Below the pieces are notes generated by a model, which saw nothing but the letters and a program-made list of their open reading frames with translations, had not been told where the DNA came from and did not search any database. Shown here in pieces: positions 9,576 to 19,159 of a stretch of DNA of 53,010 bases; position 1 is the first letter of the stretch, and each line of letters starts with the position of its first letter. A program made the position numbers and the translations under genes. Origin of the DNA: Candidatus Bathyarchaeia archaeon (GTDB lineage Archaea; Thermoproteota; Bathyarchaeia; Bathyarchaeales; Bathycorpusculaceae); the NCBI GenBank assembly GCA_050015395.1, contig JBEKBM010000021.1, positions 1 through 53,010 of the forward strand, written 5' to 3'.

Positions 9576-11123
9576 GTGGCTTTAGAAGAAGAAATCATAA
9601 AAACGCTGAAAAACGCATCTACAATTGGCGTTACAAAAAAGCAACTCGCAGGAACCCTCAGAGAGAACGAAGAAATAATTGCCAAACATCTCGATACACT
9701 CTCAGAAAAAGAACAAGTGAACTGCATCGGACGCGGATTATGGATTCTGCGAGACTACAAAGATATAGCCAAAGTAATTGAGTTTACAATACCTGAATAT
9801 TACACTCAACTATTCAAACAAGACTATCCAAACGTTTCTTTTGCCCGATTCAATCATGGAATAACATTTACTCATAATGAGGATAAATCTGTCCATAGAT
9901 GGTCGCCTTATGTGCAAGGTTTCTCATCCACCTTCGTTGACGCAGTACTATCAAAATACAAACTCCCAAAAGGAAGCATGGTCGCAGACTGCTATTCAGG
10001 AAGCGGAACGGTACTCGTGTGTGCAAAAATGAAGCAACTCAACTCAGTCGGAGTAGAATTAAGTTCGCTTCTAACATTCATGGCTAAAGTTAAAACCCGA
10101 TGGGAACCCGACCAAATCAACGTTACGACCGTAAAGCAAGAAGCAGAACGAATAAGCAAACTATGGAAAAGTCTCAAGGGCAACGTACCAATGCCCTTCC
10201 TAAAAGAAACCACCGCGCACTTCAGCGATAACATACTTCATGCTCTTTCCGTTCTGAAAGAGTCAATACTAACAGTTGAAGATTCTAATGTGCAATCATT
10301 ATTCTTGTTGGCTTTTGCAAGTATATTAGTGGCTTCAAGCAACTTGAAACGTTCACCTTGTCTCGGTTATGCAAAAAAGAAGATACTAACCCCAGATGCA
10401 CCTTTCCAGTACTTCCAAGAAAAAGTTGCGCAGATGATAAATGACCTACAAGCTTTACAAACGCAAAGAAGTGAATGGGCAAACGTTGAAATCGTGACAG
10501 GTGACTCTCGTACACATACCTATGAACCAAATAGTCTAAAATTAGTGATTACAAGTCCACCTTACGCGAATGGACTAGATTATGTCACTAACTACAAGCT
10601 TGAACTGGCTTGGCTTGGCAAAGCATCTAGCTATGAAGATCTGAGAAAATTACGTGACCAGATGGTTGCTTGCGACAACATATCAAGAACCGCCATACGA
10701 GAATTTGCAAAAGAAGCAACTCTTTTTGAAGATGAATGGCTCAGCAAGATTATAGAAAATGTACGGCTAAGAGTACAAAATAAGGGGACATTCAGAAGAA
10801 ACGACATGCACTTAGTCATCAAGAAGTACTTTAACGATTTATACCAAACGTTTGATAAGGTTTACAGAGGCTTAGATGATGATGGTCGCTTTGTGGTTGT
10901 CATTGGTGATTCGCTGATTGCTGGAACCTATCTTCCAACAGACTTGCTTTTGGCGAAAGTCGGCAAAGCAGTCGGATTTAACGTTGAGGATATACAGCTT
11001 GCTCGAATTAGGCGTTCAGGTCAACGGCGAAGTTTTGAGCTAAGAGAAACCATCGTCACTCTGACAAAAGGTACAGTACAGAAAACCATCAACTTAGACA
11101 ATTTTGTTTATGGAACGAACTAA
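9576..11123 (+). CDS. DNA amino-methyltransferase (alpha-type motif order, probably m4C) with N-terminal winged HTH
   Basis: HRWSPYVQGFS, motif I VADCYSGSGT, motif IV VITSPPY, FVVVIGDS, LRETIV. N-terminal ~60 aa resembles a wHTH (TKKQLAGTL...IIAKHLDTLSEKEQV...GRGLW). Confidence 0.88.
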   Translation: MALEEEIIKTLKNASTIGVTKKQLAGTLRENEEIIAKHLDTLSEKEQVNCIGRGLWILRDYKDIAKVIEFTIPEYYTQLFKQDYPNVSFARFNHGITFTHNEDKSVHRWSPYVQGFSSTFVDAVLSKYKLPKGSMVADCYSGSGTVLVCAKMKQLNSVGVELSSLLTFMAKVKTRWEPDQINVTTVKQEAERISKLWKSLKGNVPMPFLKETTAHFSDNILHALSVLKESILTVEDSNVQSLFLLAFASILVASSNLKRSPCLGYAKKKILTPDAPFQYFQEKVAQMINDLQALQTQRSEWANVEIVTGDSRTHTYEPNSLKLVITSPPYANGLDYVTNYKLELAWLGKASSYEDLRKLRDQMVACDNISRTAIREFAKEATLFEDEWLSKIIENVRLRVQNKGTFRRNDMHLVIKKYFNDLYQTFDKVYRGLDDDGRFVVVIGDSLIAGTYLPTDLLLAKVGKAVGFNVEDIQLARIRRSGQRRSFELRETIVTLTKGTVQKTINLDNFVYGTN

Positions 11124-11693
11124 TGCTCTTGCGAGAACATACCATGACTGATAATAGCCAATTTCATTAAACTCTATTTCTTTTCCTCTTGTTCTAAATT
11201 TGAGTATTCCAAATTTGTGGGTGACGTTAGGTCTTTCAACAGATTTTAAATTTTCATTGCGCCTTAAGTTGCTGTCAAAGCGGGACGATACACCCTGATC
11301 GACAGAAATTAGTAAACCATGTTCTACATTGGCAGTTACGCAGTAACCGAGTAGTTGAGCATAATCGTTAAGAGTTAACGTTTTTATTTTTATTTCACAG
11401 ATAATTCGTGTGCTTCTTTTTATTTCACCTTCTGGACATACTGAACCTACAATGTCAACGAACAAATCTTGGGTGAATTGGTCGCGTTGATTAGGTATGT
11501 ACTCTGTTTGAGTTATAGACTTGTGAATCTGTTGAAGCCCCCAAAGCATGTCTTTTGTGCCACATTTCTGAAAATGTACATTATACTCTCCAAGTGGCGT
11601 TAAGACGCGAGACATATTTTCCTGTAAGACTGCACAAATTTCATCATAGTAACTGCTTTCAGTTCTAATAGCCGAGTCTTTTGTGTTGTGCAT
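11094..11693 (-). CDS. Small PD-(D/E)XK-family endonuclease (putative restriction catalytic subunit)
   Basis: FVDIVG ... ICEIK ... DYAQLLGY (D, ExK and QxxxY motifs); convergent with and overlapping the MTase 3' end. Confidence 0.7.
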   Translation of the reverse strand: MHNTKDSAIRTESSYYDEICAVLQENMSRVLTPLGEYNVHFQKCGTKDMLWGLQQIHKSITQTEYIPNQRDQFTQDLFVDIVGSVCPEGEIKRSTRIICEIKIKTLTLNDYAQLLGYCVTANVEHGLLISVDQGVSSRFDSNLRRNENLKSVERPNVTHKFGILKFRTRGKEIEFNEIGYYQSWYVLARALVRSINKIV

Positions 11694-12594
11694 CTAACCA
11701 TGCTCTCGGTGCGTAGGGGCAACCTTGCGCATTGCATATATCTGTGAAGTGGATGAAGTGTCCTCTAACTTGAGGTGGTAGTTCAAGTGAATTTTCGTCT
11801 CTATGGTGAACTTTTGGTCTTCCAAGTTTGTATCCTCGGTTAGGTCTTGGACATAATTCTCCTGTGCTGATTTCTCCGCGTGCATGTTGTTCTTTTTCGA
11901 GCAGTTTCTCAAGACCGATGCGTTTACAGTCTAAGCCATAGCCTATTTGTCTAAAATCGCCAGCTTTAACCCGTATTTTGTGACCCTTCTTCCAATAACC
12001 CGTTGGGTTGCTTCCTGAGTGCATGTTAGGGTGATTGTATTCTATTTGGTCAACTGGAACTTTCAGCGAGTATAATAGGTGACAGAGTTGCATAGGCATT
12101 TTCCAGTTTTTGCCCAATACCTCAAAGGAAATAATTGTGGATTCTAAGGTTCTGTGTCGGTGACTTGCTCTGCAACTGCCTATGACGTCTGCTAGTCCTT
12201 GGATGAATCTTTTTCTGCATTCAGCATCCATAGCTGGGGCGAGAACCTCAAGGGAAGCATGTTCTCTTAGTTTTCCTATAGGTCTGATGCCGTAGATTTG
12301 CAATGTTTGACTTAGAAGTTGTGGAATTGGTTCTATTTTGATGTAGAAGTGCGGTGTGTGATTAGTGATGTATCGAGGCGTAGCTCTAGCGTTGATTAGA
12401 GTCTGCACAAGTGGAGCTATTTTAGACACTGAATCGTTAAACCATTCTGGTGATATGCGGTAGTCTTCATGTGCCCAGCGTTTATATGGAAAATCAATTG
12501 TTATAGAGTTTGAGTCAAATTCTCCGCCACCTATGAGTAAACCAAGAAAATAGGCAAGGTCGGGATTGTCAAGACTTGAAGGGTTAGCCATCAT
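11665..12594 (-). CDS. Double-LAGLIDADG-fold protein with degenerate catalytic sites and a C-terminal Cys/His cluster
   Basis: LAYFLGLLIGGGEF and RFIQGLADVIGS helices; C-terminal ELCPRP...HH...HFIHFTDICNAQGCP. Confidence 0.65.
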   Translation of the reverse strand: MMANPSSLDNPDLAYFLGLLIGGGEFDSNSITIDFPYKRWAHEDYRISPEWFNDSVSKIAPLVQTLINARATPRYITNHTPHFYIKIEPIPQLLSQTLQIYGIRPIGKLREHASLEVLAPAMDAECRKRFIQGLADVIGSCRASHRHRTLESTIISFEVLGKNWKMPMQLCHLLYSLKVPVDQIEYNHPNMHSGSNPTGYWKKGHKIRVKAGDFRQIGYGLDCKRIGLEKLLEKEQHARGEISTGELCPRPNRGYKLGRPKVHHRDENSLELPPQVRGHFIHFTDICNAQGCPYAPRAWLDAQHKRLGY

Positions 12595-12699
12595 CGGTCA
12601 CAATTAATTACGTCTTGAAGTTGGGATAAAACTTTTGGTTAAAAGAACCAACCAAATATCCAGCAGAAAGTTTACATGAATGTCCAAACAGACGATTGT

Positions 12700-12933
12700 T
12701 TATTCCGATTCTTCTTCGTCAACATCAGGTTCGGTTGAAGAGTTGGCTTGAGCTAATGATAAGGTACGGGTTATGTATCCAGCAATCTGATTTCTAACTC
12801 GCGTGGTTGTTCCCTGCGTTAAAGAGTCAACTGAACACTTGTTTTCATCAAATTTGGTGGTAAATTTAGTTGGAAAACGTTCCATAAGTGTTTTTCCTGT
12901 TCGTTTAACCTGGTCAGTCTTAACTTTTCCCAA
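12700..12933 (-). CDS. rps17e: 30S ribosomal protein S17e
   Basis: MGKVKT..VKR, FTTKFDENK, VRNQIAGYITR. Confidence 0.95.
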   Translation of the reverse strand: MGKVKTDQVKRTGKTLMERFPTKFTTKFDENKCSVDSLTQGTTTRVRNQIAGYITRTLSLAQANSSTEPDVDEEESE

Positions 12934-13223
12934 ATTTCAATTCCTCGAGTCATCAATGTTTAGTGTCCGACGCTTAAAAAACGTAGGAGCAATTCTCAAT
13001 AGATGATACACTTAATTTAAGTTTGCCATTTTAACTGACAGATAAATAACCTCAGAAAGTCACCATCTTAGTTCTAAATTTCATGACAAATAACTTAACA
13101 GTATACTAAAATTAAGCAGCATGAATAGACTTGTATTTACGAATGGAAGAGTAAAACTGTTGCTTCTCAGCATATTTTTATTCCCGATTCTTCTTTGAAT
13201 ACAGACGGTTTTGGTGAACAAAG

Positions 13224-15056
13224 ATGTTTGGCTGGACTGGTACTTTCCTAAATATAGATTTAACCAAACGTAAGGCTGTTCCAGAAAAATATGATGAAGC
13301 TTTAGCGTTAAATTTTTTGGGCGGCAGAGGCTTCGCAGCCAAAATCCTCTGGGACACCCTTAAACAGGGAACTGACCCATTATCACCTGAAAACAAACTG
13401 ATTTTTGCCACTGGACCGTTGACAGCCATTGGTTTACCAAACAGCGGCAAACTTGTTGTTGCCTCGAAAAGCCCTTTAACTGGCGGTTATGGTGACGGAA
13501 ACATGGGAACATTAGCGGCTGTGAATATGCGCAGGGCTGGTTACGATGCACTAATCATCGAGGGCAAAGCGCAAACGCCAGTCATTCTCCATATCAAAGA
13601 TAAAGACTGCGAGTTTGTGGATGCTAAGGATTTTTGGGGCTTGAATTCCTTTGAAACCCATGAGCAGCTGGTAAAGAAATATTCGCGCACCGTGGGCATC
13701 GTCTCTATTGGTCCAGCTGGAGAGAACCAAGTCAAGTTTGCAACTGTTGTTTCGCAAGAGGGACGTGCGGGCGGGCGACCTGGAATGGGCGCTGTCATGG
13801 GCTCCAAAAATTTGAAAGCCATAGTAATTGAAGGCACAGCGCAAATCCCGCTTGCAGACCCAGACGAAATGAAGAAGCTGACTGCCGATGGTTACCGAGA
13901 AGTCCTAGCTAAACCGCTCTACGCTTTTTGGAAAAGGCAAGGAACCATGTCAACAGTAGAATGGTCACAAGAGAACAGTGCTCTTCCAACCTTCAATTAC
14001 AGGCAAGGAGTTTTCGATAAAGCGGAAGAAATTGGCGGATTTTCCATGGAAAAAATCAAAGTCTCGAACCGTGGGTGCCCACAGTGCAATATGACATGCG
14101 GCAATGTTGTTAAAAACAGCGAAGGAAAAGATTCAGAGTTGGATTATGAGAACGTGATTATGTTGGGTTCTAACATTGGTTTGGGGAATCTTGCGCAAGT
14201 AGCTACTTTGAATCGCATGGCAGACGAGCTTGGGTTTGATGCTATCTCTCTTGGGAACGTGCTTGGCTTTGCCATGGAAGCCTCCGAGAAAGGATTGATA
14301 GCAGAGAAGATTCGGTGGGGGCAGTTTGAAGAGATTAAAGCGTTGATTAAGGATATTGCTTACAGGCGAGGTTTGGGCGCGGTCTTAGCTGAAGGAGTCC
14401 GAGCCGCTTCCAAAGTCATTGGTAATGGGTCGAGCGAGTGGGCAATGCATGTTAAGGGCTTGGAGGTTTCCGCTTATGATTGCCATGCTGCGCCCGGTAT
14501 GGCTTTAGCCTATGGTACCAGCTCCATTGGCGCCCACCATAAAGACGCTTGGGTTATAACGTGGGAGATTAAAGCGGGCAGAGGAAATTATGACGAAGGA
14601 AAAATTGATTATCTCATTGAAACCCAGCTTATCCGTGGCGGAGTATTCGAAGCATTAACCGTGTGTCGTTTCCCTTACAACTCGCTTGGCTTTGAGCTTG
14701 AATGGTACCAAAAATACTTGCGGGCAGCAACTGGAAAGGAGTTTTCTTTAGAGCAGTTAAACCAAATCAGCGATAGAATACTCAATTTAATTCGGGCATT
14801 TTGGGTGCGAGAGTACAGGGAAAAATGGACGCGCAGCTTGGATTTTCCGCCCATGAGGTGGTTTAAAGAACCCTTAGCAGAAGGCGCATTAAAAGGTTCT
14901 ATGCTTGATTACGAAAAATACAACGGTATGCTGAGCACTTACTATGAGAAAAGAGGCTGGGATGAGCAGGGAATACCTAAGAAGTCTACCTTGGCACGGC
15001 TAGGTTTACATGATGCAGCTGAACAGCTCGAGGCATACGTTAAATTGGAGGAGTAG
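13224..15056 (+). CDS. aor: Aldehyde:ferredoxin oxidoreductase family (tungstopterin) enzyme
   Basis: LGGRG, KSPLTGG, IGPAGEN, GRPGMGAVMGSKNLKAI, CPQCNMTC Fe-S motif, DELGFDAIS, YYEKRGWD. Confidence 0.92.
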   Translation: MFGWTGTFLNIDLTKRKAVPEKYDEALALNFLGGRGFAAKILWDTLKQGTDPLSPENKLIFATGPLTAIGLPNSGKLVVASKSPLTGGYGDGNMGTLAAVNMRRAGYDALIIEGKAQTPVILHIKDKDCEFVDAKDFWGLNSFETHEQLVKKYSRTVGIVSIGPAGENQVKFATVVSQEGRAGGRPGMGAVMGSKNLKAIVIEGTAQIPLADPDEMKKLTADGYREVLAKPLYAFWKRQGTMSTVEWSQENSALPTFNYRQGVFDKAEEIGGFSMEKIKVSNRGCPQCNMTCGNVVKNSEGKDSELDYENVIMLGSNIGLGNLAQVATLNRMADELGFDAISLGNVLGFAMEASEKGLIAEKIRWGQFEEIKALIKDIAYRRGLGAVLAEGVRAASKVIGNGSSEWAMHVKGLEVSAYDCHAAPGMALAYGTSSIGAHHKDAWVITWEIKAGRGNYDEGKIDYLIETQLIRGGVFEALTVCRFPYNSLGFELEWYQKYLRAATGKEFSLEQLNQISDRILNLIRAFWVREYREKWTRSLDFPPMRWFKEPLAEGALKGSMLDYEKYNGMLSTYYEKRGWDEQGIPKKSTLARLGLHDAAEQLEAYVKLEE

Positions 15057-15067
15057 CCAGCTTTCGA

Positions 15068-16510
15068 TTAGTATGCTCTTGCAAAATACACCATTTCTTT
15101 AACTTTTTGCCCGCAGTAAACGCAGTTCGTCGTCGGTTCTTCTTTCTGGAAGGGTCGAACTCTGATGGTTGCGCCTGTTTCATCCTTAATCTTTGCTTCA
15201 CAGTCCGCGCTGCCGCACCATGCTGCCTTGACAAAGCCGCCTTTGTCACAGATGACTTTTTTGAATTCTTCATAGCTCTGCACAGTGCTGGTTTTTTCTT
15301 CAAGTAGGGCTTTGGCTTTTGCAAACAGGTTATCCTGAATTTCCTGCAGAAGCTTCTCAACAGTAGCTGGAATGTCTTTTTCTTTAACTGCCGTTTTTTG
15401 GCCGGTATCTCGTCTTACCATTACCACTTGCTCTTGCTTGAGGTCTCGTGGACCGATTTCTATTCTGATGGGGACTCCTTTGAGTTCCCACTGGTTAAAC
15501 TTCCATCCTGGCGTGTACTCTTCTCGGTCATCTAAAACAACGCTTACGCCTTTAGCCTTGAGAGTTTCAGCGATTTCTTTTGCTTTAGCGGCTATTGCGG
15601 CTGGTTCTGCGCCCTTGTAAGGAATAGGAACAATGACAATTTGTATAGGCGCCACTTTGGGAGGAATAATTAAGCCTTTGTCGTCGCCGTGAACCATAAC
15701 CATAGCGCCGATAAGCCGAGTGGTGATGCCCCAGCTGGTTTGCCAAACATAATGGTCCATTTTGTCTTCACCAATAAATTTGACATCGAAGACTTTGCCG
15801 AAGTTCTGGCCAAGGTTGTGGCTTGTTCCCATCTGCAACGCTTTACCATCAGGCATAATCGCCTCTAACGCCGTAGTATAGAGGGCTCCAGCAAATTTTT
15901 CGCTATCACTTTTTGTGCCCACAAGCACTGGAATTGCAAGGTAATTTTCCATTATGTCCTTGTACTCGTTTAGCGCGTACATGACTTCTGCCTCTGCTTC
16001 CTCACATGTGGCGTGAGCTGTGTGACCTTCTTGCCAAAGAAACTCTCTTGTGCGCAGAAACAGTTTGGTGGCTTTTGTTTCCCATCGCACAATGTTGCAC
16101 CATTGATTAATCTTGAGGGGTAAGTCTCGCCAGCTGCGAATCCACTTGCTAAAGGTAGCGTACATTATGGTTTCGCTGGTCGGTCGGACAGCCAACTTCT
16201 CTTCCAGCGGGGTGTCTCCGCCCATAGTGATCCATGCCACTTCAGGCGTGAAACCGGCGAAGTGTTCTGCTTCTTTTGTAAGTAAGCTTTCAGGGATAAA
16301 CATGGGAAAATACACGTTTCGGTGTCCTGTGGCTTTGATTTTTTTGTTTAGGATTTCTTGGATTTTCTCCCATATAGCGTAAGCGTCTTCACGGATTATC
16401 ATGCAGCCTTTTACAGGGGCGTAATCTGCAAGTCCAGCTTTCAAAACAACTTCTACGTACCATTCGGAGAAGTCAACATTTTTCTTTACGGTTACTCCAG
16501 TATCAGACAT
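15068..16510 (-). CDS. proS: Prolyl-tRNA synthetase, archaeal/eukaryal type
   Basis: FSEWY, RPTSET, LRTREFLWQEGHT, LQMGTSHNLGQNF, C-terminal Zn site and FARAY. Confidence 0.97.
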   Translation of the reverse strand: MSDTGVTVKKNVDFSEWYVEVVLKAGLADYAPVKGCMIIREDAYAIWEKIQEILNKKIKATGHRNVYFPMFIPESLLTKEAEHFAGFTPEVAWITMGGDTPLEEKLAVRPTSETIMYATFSKWIRSWRDLPLKINQWCNIVRWETKATKLFLRTREFLWQEGHTAHATCEEAEAEVMYALNEYKDIMENYLAIPVLVGTKSDSEKFAGALYTTALEAIMPDGKALQMGTSHNLGQNFGKVFDVKFIGEDKMDHYVWQTSWGITTRLIGAMVMVHGDDKGLIIPPKVAPIQIVIVPIPYKGAEPAAIAAKAKEIAETLKAKGVSVVLDDREEYTPGWKFNQWELKGVPIRIEIGPRDLKQEQVVMVRRDTGQKTAVKEKDIPATVEKLLQEIQDNLFAKAKALLEEKTSTVQSYEEFKKVICDKGGFVKAAWCGSADCEAKIKDETGATIRVRPFQKEEPTTNCVYCGQKVKEMVYFARAY

Positions 16511-16664
16511 AGCTCTTTCTCTTCTTTCCAGTTCTACGCGTGCAACATATAAAACCGTAACGGGGATAGTTGCTGAAAACAGCCGTCAATAAAGCAAGTA
16601 AAAACGGTTTTAGCCTTCAATCTTCAATTTAAGGACTAATATCAAAGAAAAAGAAGAAAAATGT

Positions 16665-16823
16665 TCACTTCAGTCTCCTGAAGAGCCCCTTTTTAGGGAA
16701 GTCTTTGCATTCGTAGATTCGCAGTTGCCTTTGAGGCTCGATGCGGCATCTCTTGCGCGCGTTCTTGCGCTTTATTAGTGGGGCAAGTTGAAAGAAAGGG
16801 CATTTAGAGCAGAGGGTACTCAA
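16665..16823 (-). CDS. Putative 52-aa basic four-cysteine microprotein (not in ORF track)
   Basis: TTG...TGA frame gives MSTLCSKCPFFQLAPLIKRKNARKRCRIEPQRQLRIYECKDFPKKGLFRRLK. It starts 19 nt after the permease stop, has GGTAAG upstream and a T-tract downstream. Confidence 0.5.
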   Translation of the reverse strand: MSTLCSKCPFFQLAPLIKRKNARKRCRIEPQRQLRIYECKDFPKKGLFRRLK

Positions 16824-16842
16824 GTTTTCTTACCAGCTTCTC

Positions 16843-18042
16843 CTACCTTGTCATCATCCTTCTAAATAACGGAACCGCAATTGCAATCATGATTACACCG
16901 AACGCTATCAGGATTATCAGGTCCATAGAGATGTCGCCTACTCCTGCACCTAGCACCATGACTTTTCGCAGAGCATCAGCAGCATACGTCAACGGAAGGA
17001 ATTTGGCTATGTCTTGCATGTACCAAGGCATCGACTGTATCGGGAACATCACACCGCTGAGGAACATCATTGGAAACATTAACGTCATCATCATCATCTG
17101 CGCCGTCTCCTGATCCTTAGCGAAAGACGTCATCACGATGCCTAAGCCGACGAATGAGAATACGCCTAGCAGGAGCAAAGCGAACACGAGCAGAAGGCTT
17201 CCGTGGATTGCTATACCGAACAGTCCTACAGCCAATACCAATATTATGAAGCCTTGGAGTAAGCCACGAGCGGTCTGACCCAAAGATTTTCCCAGAATGA
17301 TGGATAACCGGTTGATTGGCGCAACCATCATGCCGTCCATAGTGCCAACTTCCTTCTCCTGAGATATCGCCACAGGCAGCCCAGTCATGACGCTCATCAT
17401 AACCGTCAACATCATTATTCCAGGGGCAATGAAGTTAAAGTAACTTGGATTTCCAGAAACAACACCTTCCGACTTAACAACGTAAGGCTGAACGATAGCC
17501 AAAGAGTCATTCGCAGTTACAGCTGAAGATAGACGTTGAACTTTTTCCTGCGCAAGCAGCGTGTTCATCTCCCCAAATACCCCGGTCAAAGCCCCCTGCA
17601 ACTCAGCTGATATTGTCGGGTTGGATTGGTCAGTAATGATAATCAGTGTTCCCTGTTCTCCGTTCATGATGCAGTCGGAGAAATTGATGGGAATGATTAT
17701 GCCGCCGTCAATCTTGCTATTTTGAATCTCGTTCTTGATGTCAGCCATACTTGTAGCGTTGGAAAGCTTCAACATGTGCGTTTGAGTGTTGATTTGCTGT
17801 AACCCCGTGAGGAAGGCTTGGCTTGGAAGTGTGATGTTGTTAAAGCCTGAATCTTGATTCACCACCCCGACAGGCATGTTGCTTATCGTGGTGTTGCCTG
17901 ATGGATAGATAAAACCAATCATAGCCATCATGAACAAGGGCATAAGAATAAGCAGAACTACCCCCAAACGGTTCCTGAATAGTTCTGTTAGATCTTTCCA
18001 AGCGATGCGCACGGAGTGTGAAAGTAAGGATTTTGCGCCCAT
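16843..18042 (-). CDS. ABC-2 type exporter permease
   Basis: N-terminal TM, large extracellular loop, EKEVGTMD...VAPI motif, five more TMs, FLSGVMFP, LPLTYAADALR. Confidence 0.92.
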   Translation of the reverse strand: MGAKSLLSHSVRIAWKDLTELFRNRLGVVLLILMPLFMMAMIGFIYPSGNTTISNMPVGVVNQDSGFNNITLPSQAFLTGLQQINTQTHMLKLSNATSMADIKNEIQNSKIDGGIIIPINFSDCIMNGEQGTLIIITDQSNPTISAELQGALTGVFGEMNTLLAQEKVQRLSSAVTANDSLAIVQPYVVKSEGVVSGNPSYFNFIAPGIMMLTVMMSVMTGLPVAISQEKEVGTMDGMMVAPINRLSIILGKSLGQTARGLLQGFIILVLAVGLFGIAIHGSLLLVFALLLLGVFSFVGLGIVMTSFAKDQETAQMMMMTLMFPMMFLSGVMFPIQSMPWYMQDIAKFLPLTYAADALRKVMVLGAGVGDISMDLIILIAFGVIMIAIAVPLFRRMMTR

Positions 18043-18048
18043 TTTATC

Positions 18049-19068
18049 TCACCTTATCCTATTCGGCGCAGCCCTGTGATGCCTATGCTCTTCCATAGGT
18101 ATTTTCTGGTCCGCGCTGTCTCTTACTTGGTGACCCGTTATGTGCAGGAACACGTCCTCAAGTGTGGGTTGCAGGTTTTCCATGGAATTTATTTTTCCGT
18201 CCGCAGTTCTTATCGCGTCAATTACATTGTCGAAGGCTTCTTGACCGTGGCTAATGACTCTTAAATGCAACGAGTTTTCCTGAGAAACATTGTCCACGCA
18301 TTTGCAATCTTGAACTACCTGAATAATTTTAGGTGATAGATTTCCGATCTCAAGTTTCAATATTGTTGTATCCGCTCCTGAAATCGTTTTTTTCAAGTTC
18401 GTCGAAGTATCCAGCGCCACTATTTTGGCGTGATCCATTATGCCGATTCGATCGCACAGCAGATCTGCATCCACCATCATATGGGTCGTTATGATTATGG
18501 AGGTGCCGTTTTCCCTGTTGAGTTTTTTGATGAATTCGCGAATCTCAACGGAAGACTGAGGGTCCAAACCCAGAGTCGGCTCATCGAGAAAGAGCACTTG
18601 TGGCATGTTCAGCAGCGCCCGTATCACGTTCATCCTCTGCCTCATGCCTGTCGAAAACGTGCCCACTTGAGCGTTCTTCCATTTGGTAAGTTGAACCAGC
18701 TCAAGCAACTCGTCTATTCTTTTGTTTAAGGCATCTTTGGGAAGGTTGAAGAGACTTCCGAAAAATACCAGGTTTTCCCTAGCCGTCAAACGATTGTACA
18801 TTATCATTTTTTCGGAAACTATACCTATCAGTTTCCTGACTTCTGTACCATCTTTCACTATGTCGTAGCCACCAATCGTCGCGGTTCCCTTGGTCGGCGC
18901 GGCCAACGTGGATAGCACTCGTAGGGTTGTGCTCTTGCCAGCTCCGTTGGGACCGAGCAGACCGAAAATCTCGCCCTTTTTGACGTCGAACGAGATGTTG
19001 TCAACCGCTACGAAGTCGTTGAACATTTTCGTAAGGTTCTTAACTTCGATTATCGAATCATTAGTCAT
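18049..19068 (-). CDS. ABC exporter ATP-binding subunit (DrrA-like)
   Basis: GPNGAGKST, FSTGMRQR, LFLDEPT, TTH, PTLEDVF; ATG at 19068 follows GAGGT. Confidence 0.93.
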   Translation of the reverse strand: MTNDSIIEVKNLTKMFNDFVAVDNISFDVKKGEIFGLLGPNGAGKSTTLRVLSTLAAPTKGTATIGGYDIVKDGTEVRKLIGIVSEKMIMYNRLTARENLVFFGSLFNLPKDALNKRIDELLELVQLTKWKNAQVGTFSTGMRQRMNVIRALLNMPQVLFLDEPTLGLDPQSSVEIREFIKKLNRENGTSIIITTHMMVDADLLCDRIGIMDHAKIVALDTSTNLKKTISGADTTILKLEIGNLSPKIIQVVQDCKCVDNVSQENSLHLRVISHGQEAFDNVIDAIRTADGKINSMENLQPTLEDVFLHITGHQVRDSADQKIPMEEHRHHRAAPNRIR

Positions 19069-19083
19069 TTTAATAACCTCATT

Positions 19084-19112
19084 TTGCAATATTATTCATT
19101 GCAATATATTGC
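19084..19112. promoter_or_regulatory. Putative PadR operator between divergent genes
   Basis: Perfect palindrome GCAATATATTGC (19101-19112) overlapping the inverted repeat TTGCAAT-N7-ATTGCAA (19084-19104); another CAATAT at 19139. Confidence 0.55.
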
Positions 19113-19159
19113 GGTAAGATATAAGTATTACCCAAATACAATATAGATTTGAAACACTC

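Noticed and set aside
11665-12594. Intein- or intron-encoded homing endonuclease
   Set aside because: Free-standing ORF with no Hint/splicing motifs and no interrupted host gene; catalytic acidic residues are absent
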